The notes beneath the pieces are model-generated. The model was not told where the DNA came from and searched no databases. It worked only from the letters and a program-made list of their open reading frames with translations. This document shows, piece after piece, positions 24,773-36,093 of a stretch of 64,000 bases of DNA. Numbering within the stretch: the first letter of the stretch is position 1; every line of letters begins with the position of its first letter. The DNA lies in assembly GCF_000372725.1 (NCBI RefSeq), contig NW_005201123.1, positions 186,001 to 250,000 of the forward strand. The letters run 5' to 3'. Origin of the DNA: Emiliania huxleyi CCMP1516 (lineage: Eukaryota). The position numbers and the translations under genes are program-made.

Positions 24773-25064
24773 CGCAACTGCCGCCCCGGCCAGTTGAATA
24801 CGTATGCAGCCTCCAGTTCTCCACTCTGGCGCCAGTTTGGCAGACGAGCGCCGGCAGATGCCCTCGCGGCCTGCCGGCGAACGTCCGTCCGGCGAGAACG
24901 CGCGCCATAATGGACGTGTGGCTGTCTGGCGAAAACTCGCTCTCGAGAGCCGCGAGAGGGCGGCGCTCTGCAGTGAGCGGTGCCGCCCGATGAGTGTGTA
25001 AAGACGTTCATTATATTATGATATAAGGGTTTACTGCCACCAGCGGAAGTGCCTCCTCCTTAGC

Positions 25065-26272
25065 ATGCCGCTCTCGGCGCAGAAGCAGCCGATGCGCGGG
25101 CGCGCGGAGCTCGATGCCTCGACCTCGGCGGAGCTCGATGCCTCGACCTCGACGTCGGCCGATGCGCACGAAGCGCAGCGCCAGGCCCAAGCCGACGCCA
25201 TCTCACACAAGCTCAAGGCTTCTCGCGCTGCCGCGGCGAAGCGCAAGGCCTCCGCGATGACCGGCGAGGAGAAGGCGGCTGCCGACCGGCGCAACGCGGT
25301 CAAGCGCAACGAGGCCAAGCGTGCGAAGCGAGCTGCCGCCAAACAACAAGCAGACGCAGCACCAGCGCAGCCAGTGGCATCGCCGTCAGCGGCGACAGTC
25401 AGTGCCTCAGTCGCCGAGGCGTCGGTCGAAAGCGAGGACGGCAGCGAGGACGATGACGTCGGCGAGCCCGACCTCGATGAGCTCAACGACATGCTCGAGG
25501 CGGACGGCCAGGACGCGATTGACATTGACGAGTACGATGCGTTCCGCGACTGGTGCGACGGGCGACTTGAGATGGCACAGAGTCGTACAACGACTGGATG
25601 AACGATCACGAAGGCGGCGAGCGCTTCCACGCCGAGCGCAAGATAGACGACTTCTTTAGCAGCGGTCGCTTCTGCGAGGATGCTCAGCCCGCCCAGCAGG
25701 TGCGCGCTGCAGCTAGCGCGCCACCGCCGCCGCCGCCACCTGCTGGCTCTCCTGTCGCTACCCAGGAGCCAGAAGACTGGCTCGCGCTCCACCCTCTTGC
25801 CAACTACAGCAGCCAGCTCGGCGATTGGCAACCATCCGGCGGCGACCACAACGCGTGGGGCTCGCTTCCGGAGCCCGACGATGAAGAGCCAGCCGAGCAG
25901 CAAGCTGCGCAGGCAACTGATGAGCCAACCAATGAGCCGTCAGCGCTGAAGCCTGCCCATGTGCCGACCTCTCGCGCCATGTTCTTTCACTGCGGCAGCT
26001 TCACGACTGAGGAGCCGGAGTCAGTCCCACCAGCCGAGCCACGGCCGCTGCCGAGCGCCCGCGCCGCCTTCTATCACCCGAGCAGCTTCACCGCCGAGCA
26101 ACGCCTCAACGCTCATACCGCGAGCATGCCTCCCGGCGAGGCGGCGCACCATCGCGCCCTCGCGCCCGCCGAGGTACGCGGTGCTGACGGCCGTGTGGTC
26201 ACGATGGCCTTCGATCCCGAAGGCGAGGTCGCGTACTACCATGAGCCACACGAGGCGGGGCGGCCCAACTGA
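25065..26272 (+). pseudogene. Frameshifted low-complexity ORF pair (25065-25601, 25598-26272), probably TE-derived
   Basis: Coding-like, intronless, K/R/A-rich then acidic; preceded by an AT-rich tract at 25008-25027; no catalytic motif seen. Confidence 0.35.
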
Positions 26273-26722
26273 CTACCAAATCATCTGCCGAGCTCAACGT
26301 CTCTACCTGTGGCGCGGACCGACGCAACTGCGGAGGTGTTAATCGCTGTCGCCAACAGCCAGGCGGAGGGCAACCTCGTTAGGAGGCTAGAGATCTCCCT
26401 TCCACCGAAGGGAGGATCGCCCTGCCACGGTTACGCGAGCGACGCCAGCTTGCGAGACGTTCAAATCGAGCATTCGGGCCGCGCGACCTATGGAGACCCA
26501 GTCAGAGGCAAGGTAGCGTGGGCGCTGCCCAAGCGGATCGCCGGCAACTAGTGCCGCCCGCGCCTGGCGCGACCGCCTTCAAGCGCGGGCGGCCCGTGAC
26601 TTTGCTCCATCAAACGGGACAAGGCAAAACACAGTTGCACAGATACATGCCGGCGGCGCGACTCCCCCCCGCAGATCGCCCTCAGTGGGGGAGACCGCGA
26701 CACCGGTGACGGAGCGCAGTTG

Positions 26723-27170
26723 GGAGTGTCCTTGGCTCACGCCAGGGCGCTCGTTGCTCCTCCGTCTCTTTGTATCTTCCATACTGCAGTTATCAGAAGA
26801 CGTATGGTTCTTGCACTTGTGCAAGATTGGGCGTCTTCTGCAGCAGTCCCTTTGATGGGAGGCCCCAGGGTGGGGGCCGCCTCGAACCCCTGGCCAGGGA
26901 TTCGAGCGGAGGGTGCCCCGGATTCATCTATCCATAGGGCCCCGGTACATTCATTAGAACTGATCACTTTGCGCAGCAACCGTCGGCCGCCGCTTTTTAG
27001 CTGGACGGCAGTACGCTGCGCCGTCGCTCTGTCGTGCACGCTCTCGTGCTTCGTTGTGACCCACCCTGTCCCACCCGTGTGTGATCAGTGTCTACGGAGG
27101 GAGTGTCTTTGGCTCACGCCAGGGCGCTCGTTGCTCCTCCGTCTCTTTGTATCTTCCATACTGCAGTTAT
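26723..27170 (-). repeat. Repeat family C unit with ~70-80 bp direct terminal repeats
   Basis: ggagtgtc(c/t)ttggctcacgccagg...ctgcagttat at 26723-26793 and 27100-27170. Confidence 0.85.
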
Positions 27171-27171
27171 A

Positions 27172-27967
27172 CGAGCGTCATCTTGTAGTGAACAGGCCGA
27201 GTTCGCGGTTTGAGCGCCCAGCGCAGACCGACCGACCGCAGGGGGGGTTCGGTCGACGGCCGCGGAAGACCGCAGACCGGAGGGGGGGTCCGGTCGGTCG
27301 GAGCGCAGACCGAGGGGGGGATCGGTCGGGTTGGCTCGAGGGTCACAACACACCGCACACGCTCGCCGCAGCTGTGAATAAATTAGTATCTCGAAATAAG
27401 AGACCAAGCGCCCTCTCCCCGTCTAATCACTCCTCGTCGTCCGAGTGGCTGAGCTCGAGACCGAGACGCTCAGGATTGGGTCGGAACACGAGCTTGTCCA
27501 TGTCCACACTCTGGTCGTCGTCGTCCATACGATTAATTATAGCTTCGCCGGCGACACACTGTACCCGTTGACGAGCCGCTTGAGCGCGGCCAGAGCTTGT
27601 ACAAAGCGACGGCAAGCAGGACCAGGCCTGCGACTGCCTAGATGCTCCACATAGATGTGTGGGGTCGGGCTTGCTTGCTCGGGCCTCGGCGAAGAAGTCT
27701 CCTTGGCGCTTGGCTGCGTAACTAGTTTTCATAGTGAAAACCGGCGATTTCGAAGCGCCCGTGGCGGTTCGCGAGAAGGAGGGAGAGAGAGCGTTTGAGG
27801 GGGCTCTCACGGCAAGGACACCGACCGAGGGGGGGGTCGGTCGTCACACCTCCCGCCGCCGAGAGAGCGACCGACCGGAGGGGGGGTCCGGTCCACCTCG
27901 GGGGCAGACCACCGACCGGCGGGGGGGTCCCCACGAACTAGGGGGGGTGGGTACAAAATGACGCTCG
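27172..27967. mobile_element. Non-autonomous Tc1/mariner-type element (796 bp) nested in repeat C
   Basis: TA|CGAGCGTCAT(C/T)TTGTA...TACAAAATGACGCTCG|TA; subterminal GACCG-G-run repeats; host repeat resumes with ttatcagaagac. Confidence 0.8.
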
Positions 27968-28799
27968 TATTATCAGAAGACTGCCGGGTTGGCGTCCACA
28001 CTGACCACACAAAAGCCGTGCTTGGCGAGCTGAACTGTCCGACCCCAGCTCACCAGCCAGCTCACACAGCTCGCCGCCGCGGCCAGGGCGCCTCCTGCGC
28101 CGCCCCGCGGCCCGCTCCGCGCGGTTCGGCCGCGGCCGAGGCCACGGCGGCCCTCCCCCACCACCCGCCCACTCGACCGACCGACGAGCCTCACCCGCGA
28201 GCGCTCCCACCGCTCCACCACCCTCGCACGAACTTCGGACGGCGGCGGCGGGTGTGAGTGACGGTGGCACTCCGGTGCACCCTTCTGCGCGTGCCGCCTC
28301 GTCTCTCGCGCCCGATCCCTTGGCGTGCGCGCGTCGCCGCCACCTCCGCCACGATTGGCTAGTGCCACTACTAGTGACGCCGAAATCGTCGAGTGTTCTT
28401 GAACGACCTCTCCGATTCCTCTCCAACTGTGCGAGGTCTACAATCTCCGGACCCATCTCGTTCGACTGTGAGGTTTTGCTCTTGCTCGAGGTTTTGCTCT
28501 TGCTCTGGCTCTCGCTCTTGCGCATTACATTACTTCTCTCTGCGAGACCGCAGTGTTCTTGCACGCAGCCTTTGCCTTGCGAGCCGCCTCCGCAGGCACT
28601 GGTGCCTTGGCCGCCGTTGGTGGCGTTGGCTTGGCGGGCTTTGGCGCCGCTGATGACGTTTGCTTGGCGGACTTTGGCACCGTGGGCGCCACGGGCTTTG
28701 GCGCCGCTGATGGAAGTCCTTGTGATTCTTGATGGCGCGTACCAGTCCTTGTGATTCTTGATGGCAGCGAGCGCCCGCGGCCGCGGGTACGTGGATTTG

Positions 28800-29520
28800 C
28801 AAGTGCCATTGAGAATCGCGTCGGTAGCTGGAGGGACTCGGGCTCGGGGAGCGGGACGCTCTTGGGGTAAAACTCAGTCAGGTAGCCGCCGCGGACGGTG
28901 TGGTACTTGTTTTTGTCGGGGGCGGTGCGCTTCTCGCACACCTCCTTCCAGTCCGAGAGGGCGGACTCGTAGGTGGCGATAGCTGCGGCGATGGCGGGGT
29001 ACTTGGACGCACCTCCCTCGTCGAGGGCGAAGTCGGGGTTGTGGGCGACGAGGGTGCGCCAGTTCTTGAGGAGCGACATGGAGAAGTCGCTGTCGGCTCG
29101 CGTGAAGGCGGTGTCGATGTTGCACCCGCCCATCTCGGTCGGCAGCTGCGCCTGGAGCCACGCGAGGTCGCGGAGCGCCTGGTGCGAGGCGTCGGCGCGA
29201 GCAATGCCCTCAAAGGACTTGCGGATGCGGTTGTGCGCAAACTCGAGAGCCTCGCACGCGACATTGGGCGGCGTGATGCCGGCAATGTACTTGGTCTTTG
29301 CACAGGCAATCCGTTGGACGAGGTTGAGGCGGAGCTGCGAGGTGTTCGTGACGCAGTCAGTGTCGACGATCGTGTCGATGACGTCGTGTCGAGCGGCGCG
29401 AGCTTCTTCCTGAGGTGCGCGGTGAGCTCCTTTTTGCAGGCTTCAGGGTCGCCAAAGAAGGTGCCGACGGCCTTGAAGCAGTCCACTCGCCCCGTGGGTT
29501 TGCCCTCCTTGTCGCGGTGA
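28800..29520 (-). mobile_element. CRE-clade non-LTR retrotransposon, RT C-terminus/thumb segment (inverted; frameshift near 29386)
   Basis: FKAVGTFFGDPE...(frameshift)...QLRLNLVQRIACAKTKYIAGITPP...AWLQAQLPTEMGGCNI matches the CRE thumb pattern Q..LP...GG. Confidence 0.75.
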
Positions 29521-29575
29521 TTCTGTGTGAGCTCTGTGTCTTGATTTGCCAACAATACACCTAAAACAAATGTAG

Positions 29576-31087
29576 CGGCGGTCAGAGCGCAACGGACAGC
29601 GAGGACCTAGCGGGGGGGGGGGGGATCGCCCCCCCGCTGGCGCTGGTGAGGGCAACGACCACCCGGCCAGCCGGGCTCGGCACGCTGCGGACCGAGGCGA
29701 CGACTCGGATCCCGACACAGACCAGGGGGGGGGTGGAGGCGGGGGGGGCGAGCTGTCGGGACAGGGGGCTAGCTCGGAGCCCCAAGACCCGGAGGCCGGG
29801 GATCCCGAAGAGGAGGCGAGCTCGCAGGATTTCCTGATCGAAGAGCCTGACTCGCAGGAGAGCTTCTCGAGCATGGACGTGGACGGGGTAGGGGAGGCAA
29901 GCTCGCAGGACACCCTGTCTGGGCAGCCCGACTCGCAAGGCAGCTTCTCGAGTATGGACCTGGACGAGGAGGGCGAGGCGGAGAGCGGCCCTGCGCCTGA
30001 CGAGGCGGGCGAGACGAAGGAGGGCGACGGACAAAGTCGCGGCACAGGGGGTCCGGAAAGCGGCGGCGTCGACTACAAGGGGATCGAGCAGGTCTCGGGG
30101 CGCCACTTCCAGCACGTCGCCAACAACGCCCTGCAGCAAGACATGTTCGACGCCATCGTCAACGACCCGAAGGTACACCTGGCGACGCGAGCGCACTTCC
30201 GCTCGACGAAGCAACTCGGGGCAGGCGCGGTGCTCGGCATCGACGTCGTCCACAAGGACGTCGAGCTGAACGACAAGGCGTGGCTCCACGAGGCGCAGGG
30301 CTACCTCAACCACCCCAAGGGCGCCATCACCCTCGCCACGCGCTGCGTCGGCGTGGGCCCTAACTCGGTGTGCATCTACCACCGCACGAGGCTCCCGGGG
30401 TGCGTCCCGTGCGACATCGGCGAGGCGCGAGTGCCGCGCACGCTGTCGCTATTCGAGCACCTCAGCGGCACGCACTGGGACGGATGCAACTACGGCGGCT
30501 GGTTGGCCACGGGGCACGCATCCCTCAACACTCACGTCACGAACGTCGCACGCGCCTTCGGCGCCTCGGCAAAGGTCATGGAGGTGAGGCTCGGCTGCAG
30601 GGACCCGACGCGGGCGCACGATCCGGACACCAACCCGTACCAGCGGGGCGACGGCGTCTTCGGCAACTATGCAGAGTCGGCACGCGCCGTGGTGTACGAC
30701 GGCACGTGCGTCACCGCGGTGCACCATGACAGGCTGCGCCCGCTGGCGAGCGGCAAGCGCCTAGCCACCGAATACGCCGAGGAGACGAAGCGGAAGGCCA
30801 AGGCAGCGGCGTGCGACGCCAAAAACTGCGACTTTATGACGTGGGCGGCGAGCACGCGCGGCGGCATCGGGCACGAGGCGGCGACGTGGTTCAACACCAA
30901 CTTCGACATCAAGGCCGCTAAGGCGTCCTCCGACAGCGAACGATGGCGGGTCAGTAGCGAGCGCAAGCGCTTCCTGCAAGTGCACTCGACCATCGTCGCG
31001 AGGCGCAACGCCGCCATCTTCGACTACAACGCGTGGCCGAAGATGGGCGGCGAGATGCCGCGGGCGCCTCGAGAGCAGTACGAGTAG
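29576..31087 (+). mobile_element. CRE-clade non-LTR retrotransposon, acidic linker + Zn knuckle + restriction-like endonuclease
   Basis: Frame open from ~29576; Cys cluster, HWDGC, GH, EV, RGDG, VYD, AEETKRK, FMTWAASTRGGIG and VARRNA follow the RLE motif order. Confidence 0.8.
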
Positions 31088-32696
31088 GGACGGGCGAAGG
31101 AGGAGGGGCGCTAACCACGGGCGACTACAAGTCGAAGGTTCGAGGACGACTACTCACCGCCTGGGTCGTTTGGGGCGCGCGGCTCCGTCGAGGACCGGGC
31201 GCGCCCCTTACCCGGCGCGGCGTAGGTCCCACTCTGACGTATAGAGGGGAGGCACGGACAACGGCCCAATTCATCCATTCCACTCATCTTCTGGTGCCTA
31301 GCCCCGTGCAGCGGCGGTCCGGCAGGCTGCCCCCAAGGCCCCCTGGGCCGCTGCGGGTTTTGGAGTTATGCTTTGGCACAGCTTCGGCGATGGCGGCCCC
31401 TCTCTGGGGCTTGCATAGGCGGGGAGTCTCCCCCGCTGGTCTCCTCATTCCCTTTTTTCTTTTTCTTTTGAGAGCAGGACGCCGGGTTTGTCTTGTATGT
31501 GCATGTCGGGCCTGGGTGTGTGTGAGGGGCAGAGGGGCGGGAGCGTGCGGGGCAGAGGCCCAACGTCGGGCGGCTTGTCGGGGTCCGGAGCATTCGAGGG
31601 GGGAACGAGGAGGGGAGAATGGGCGGTCGGCGACGAGTAGAGCGGCAGGCGCGTACGGGGTAGCCGTCACTTTCCCGCCTCACAAGGGCGGGGCTGTCCC
31701 GGAAAGTGAGAGACGCCGGGCAGCGTGGCGCATTACTGAACCCTCCCATACGTGCTCGTGCTCCTCCTTCGCTGTCCCATCTCCCCACCTCTTTCCCGCC
31801 TGGGCGGGGCGGTGGGCGGGCGCGCGGTGCGGCGTGGCGTGTGCGTGTGTGCGACTGCAACGAAGGACCGCTCGCAGAGGACCATTGGGTTTGTACTATT
31901 AACAACGCAGGCGCTCTCAAAAAAAAAAAGGCATTTTTTTGGTAAAATTACACTGTGAAAAAGACAGAAAAAGAGAGAAAAAACGCGCGCGCAGCGCGCG
32001 TAGGCGGCGCGCAGCGCCGCCGCAGGCGGCGGACAGCAGGTGCGCAAAATTAAACGCCATTTTCGGTTCCGCGGTTTTGGCACTAACTAACATCAAATGT
32101 CGGGATGATTGACTGATTCGACCACATGCCCGCCATGCGCAGGCCAGCGCCGCGCTGTGATACGCATAGAGACGACCCGACCTCTCTGAACTAAGCCAGA
32201 TTACTGCGAACGAACGCCTAGCGCGGCGGGGAAGTCAACGGGGCAGGCCGGCGGCGGCCGGCCGCGCCCGAGGCGCGAGGGGGCGTAGACGGGTCACAAA
32301 TTGCCCGGGACGGCTGGTCACTTGGTCTCTGACGTAGGCCACGCACATGCACATTAAGCGGTGACATGACCTGATTGTTAAAAGAGCCGGTCCGCGAAAT
32401 TAAATGCCATTCTCCAGGTATCCATTTTAGCACTATCTTCGAAATCCCGGCCGGTACTGTTTTTAAGAATGAGTGAAAGAGGTTGTTGGTGTTGTCTCTG
32501 AACGGGCTCGGCTGCGCCTGGGTTCGGAGCTTCAACGCCGGCCATTGCGCCGAATAAAACGGCGGCAAGTGCCGGGCACAGGGGCTTCGGCGAGAGCGTC
32601 GATGCCTTGAGCTGCCCGCTAATTGCCAGGGGCTGCACCGCCGTGTACATCAAGAAGAACTTGCAGATGTGCAAACTGTGTGTATGCCGAATCGTG

Positions 32697-33572
32697 ACGG
32701 CGGCGAGGGCGACACGGACGGAGCAGGCGACAAAGGCGAATCCGACGGCGGAGGCGGCGACGGCGACACGGACGGAGGCGGCGAAAGCGAGACCGATCCG
32801 TGTCGCCTTCGCCCTCCGTCCGTGTCGCCGTCGCCGCTGCCTTCCTCCGTTTCGCCATCCCCGCCGCCGATCTCACCTTTGCCGCCTCAATCCATGTCGC
32901 CGTCGCCGTCGCCGCCGTCGGTCTCGCTTTCGCCGCCTCTGTCCTTGTCGCCGTCGCCGCCGCCGCCGTTGGAATCGCTCTCCCCGCCGCCGCCGGTTGT
33001 GTCGACTTCGCCGCCTCCGTCTGTGTCGCCGTCGCCGCCTCCGTCCGTGTCGCCGTCGCCGCCTCCGTCCGTGTCGCCGTCGCCGCTGCCTTCCTCCGTC
33101 TCGCCCTCCCCGCAGCAAGCTCGCTTGCCGTCGCCGTCGCCGCCACAGATCCGAGGCGGCGACGGCGACACGGACGGCGGAGCGGCGACAGCGACACGGA
33201 AGAAGGCGACGCGTCGGCGAGACCGACGGCACGGCGGGGAGGGTGAGGCCGACGGCGGCAGCGGGGAGGAGTGCGGCGGCAACGGCAGCGGTGAGGGCGG
33301 CGGCGACGGCGGCGGAGAGAGCGGCGGCGACGGCGAGACCGACGGCGCGGCGGGGAGGGTGAGGCCGATCATGCTTGGCGGCAGCGGGGAGGAGTGCGGC
33401 GGCAACGGCAGCGGCGAGGGCGGCGGCGACGGCGGAGGAGAGAGCGGCGGAGAGGGCGGTGGAGAAGGCCGCGGGGAGGGTGGCGGAGAGGGCGGTGGAG
33501 GCGAGGGCGGCGGCGACGGCGGAGGAGAGCGCGGAGGCGACAGTGGCGGAGAGGGCGGCGAGGAGGGTGGCG
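32697..33572. repeat. Ser/Pro-rich (SPSPPPSV, SPPP) coding-like repeat with an internal inverted segment
   Basis: Reads as SP repeats on - (32697-32795), + (32799-33147) and - (33152-33572). Confidence 0.75.
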
Positions 33573-33964
33573 AAATCGCAATAATTCACCTGCGGGAACC
33601 GGGACGGCGGGGAGGTGGCGGGACCGAATCGTACCGCGGGCCGCCGGGCAGCGGCCATACCCGCTCGGCGGAGGCAGGGCTCAGAATCGGTTTCAGGCCA
33701 CAAGGCTGGTGAGTTGGGCGTGACCGTCATCTATAGAACGCGCCCGCTCGGAAGTCTCGGTCTGCGGAAGGTAACGACGATTCGGCTAGGCGTCTGCGGA
33801 GGCAAAGGGCGGGCTGGCGATCCGCTACGAGGCCTGTTTGTCGCGGTCGGACAGGCACCCGTCGCATCTGTGGACAGGTGTGACGACGGCAGTCACGAGT
33901 TTTCGGCGCAGCCGCGCACGGGGCCCCGCCGTCAGCGGCCACACAGGCAAGAGCGGCACAGCAT

Positions 33965-34113
33965 GAGTCGGGGGGGTGTCGGGGCACGACGAGGGTTGCT
34001 TCGGCTGGCGCTCGGAGGCCACCAGGCGGCCCCATTTGATGTCCGGGAGGTGCCTCCCGGACGCCTCCCGGACAGCTAACGTGCAGAGCATCGAATAGAC
34101 GCCTTGCCCAAAA
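33965..34113 (+). repeat. Repeat D, copy 2, upstream of ATG 34170
   Basis: Near-identical to 19881-20031. Confidence 0.85.
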
Positions 34114-34169
34114 AAAAGACAACAGCGTGAACACAGCCTCTGCGGCCACCAGCTGCTGCTGCACACCGT

Positions 34170-36060
34170 ATGTCCTCCCGCGACATCGTCTCGCTCCTCG
34201 TCGCTCTGGAGCAGCTCGAGAGCATCAGCGCGTCGCCGGCTTCTCACTCCGAGGCGGTGTCCGAAGAGGTGGTTGCGCTGGCGGCTGAGCTTCGACAGGC
34301 GGTGCATGGGCAGGGCGTTCGCCTGCCGCCGTCGCTTGTGTCAGCCGATACGGCAAGCCGCATCGAGGAGATTCGGGTCACGCTGTCAGACCCCGCCACA
34401 TCGCGCCGTAGCCTGGCCTGGGCGTCACTCTCAACAGCCCTCGCTTCCGCCGAGCGTGAGGCGCGAGCCTCATGGGCCGCTGCCGACATGCGGTCGGCTC
34501 ACGCCGTCACGGAGGAGGCGGACCGACTGCGCGGCGTGGCGGACGCGCTTGCCACTGCGGTGCGCCAATGCGCCGGTGCGACTCGCGGACCTGAAGGCTT
34601 CGAGACGGGCGCGCGGGCGGCAATCTGCGGGCTCGGCTCACGGCCGGACCTGAACGGAGAGCGAGGGACGATACTCAGCTACTCGGCCGCCAAGGGGAGG
34701 TACGCCGTGATTCTCGCCTCGGGCGGGCCGCCGCTGCTGGTTCGGCCGTCCAATCTCCTCTCTCTGCGCTGGGGTCCGATGGCCTAGATGCTGAGTCGTC
34801 CATACCCCACCTTCCGGCGTGTCCCAGCTCACGCGTGGCCAGCTAAAGTCGCTGTATCATACGCCTCTTCGCTGCACCCCCGCCTCTGTCCTCATAGGCT
34901 CGTCGAGCGGCGGCTCCGATGAGCAGGTGCACAGATATCCTCCCTGATACCAATCCGAGACCCTTCCCAGCCCACGCTAGACCCAGCGTTTACCTCACCT
35001 TGCCTTCATCCAGGGCGACTTTGATTTTGAGCTTGCACTCGAGGATTTTGATGCGTGGCAGCGCCGGCGCGCGCGCGCTGCGGCGGCGAGGAAGCGGACG
35101 GCGGCGAAAAAGGCCGCAGTGCGAACCGCGCTCTCCGCCACGTTGCGCTTGCTGGGAGGAGGCGAGGGAGGAGATGACGGCGGAGGCAGAGCAGGCGGCG
35201 GCGGCCGAGGCGGCGCCTCCTCTGCTGCCGTTCGAGAGGGGCTGCTTGCCGATGCTGGGCGGGCTGCGTCGGCCGAGGACACGGCGCGCATGCCGGCACC
35301 CCAGACTGTGGCGGACGGTATTGGCGCGGACGCCGACGCTTGTGCCGGTGGCGGGATCCACGGTATCGTCAAGCTTTGCTTCCCGGACGGTGTGGCGGCT
35401 TCCACGGGGCGCGCGCTCGGCGAGGCTGTGTCGGAGTGCCTCGAGGCGGTCCGCTGTGAAAGGGCCGCCGAGTGGGGGGCGGGGGGGGGAGCGAGAGGCG
35501 GCGGCGAGCGGAGAGCGGGAGCATCGCGCTCTCCACTCGCCGGTCCACATGCGGCTGGCGACGCGGCGGCGGCAGAGGCCGGCGACGCGGCGGAGGCGGC
35601 GACGACAGATGCGGGCAGTGGGGGTGACTATCCTAATCCTCTCGCACGGCGCGGTCGGCTAGTCATCACATCTCTGATGGCGGAATAGGGGCGCCGTCCG
35701 GAGATGAGGTGGTGCAGCAGCTGCTCATTGCGTCCGCCGAGGCGTGCACGACGCTCTGGGCCGCCGCGCGCTCCCTCGACGAGTCGGTGCTCGCTTTGGG
35801 CTGTTGGCACGCGGCGCTCGCTAGTCGCAGATGCCACAAGAAGCACCCGAGACACTTCCGAGAGTAGATCCGCCACTCGTCGAACACGACCAGTGCGTGT
35901 GGCCCGCCCCCGGCTGCTTGCACGTTGCGTGCCGAGTCTGATCTCCTTGCCACTCACTGCCCCGCGGGCCACTAACTGACGCATGAGCGGCGAATAGCCG
36001 TTCGGAGGTGGGCTCTCGAACGGGTGGCCACGCCGAGGCTGAAGACGATGTGCCGCGGTC
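34170..36060 (+). CDS. Probable 5' exons of the kinase gene (or a separate gene) with an SH3/KOW-like motif
   Basis: GLGSRPDLNGERGTILSYSAAKGRYAV...VRPSNL, then Ala/Glu-rich coding segments with plausible splice sites; exon structure unresolved. Confidence 0.5.
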
Positions 36061-36093
36061 TTCACCGCCCGCTCTTACTCTCCCCCCTTGCAG

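Noticed and set aside
25008..26272. Helitron 5' end and N-terminal ORF
   Set aside because: The AT-rich start and basic repeats are suggestive, but no Rep or helicase motifs or 3' hairpin-CTRR were found.
29517..29562. Spliced-leader or telomeric identity for the 45 nt module
   Set aside because: It does not end in AG, has no TTAGGG repeats and matches no RNA I recognise; kept only as an unexplained module.
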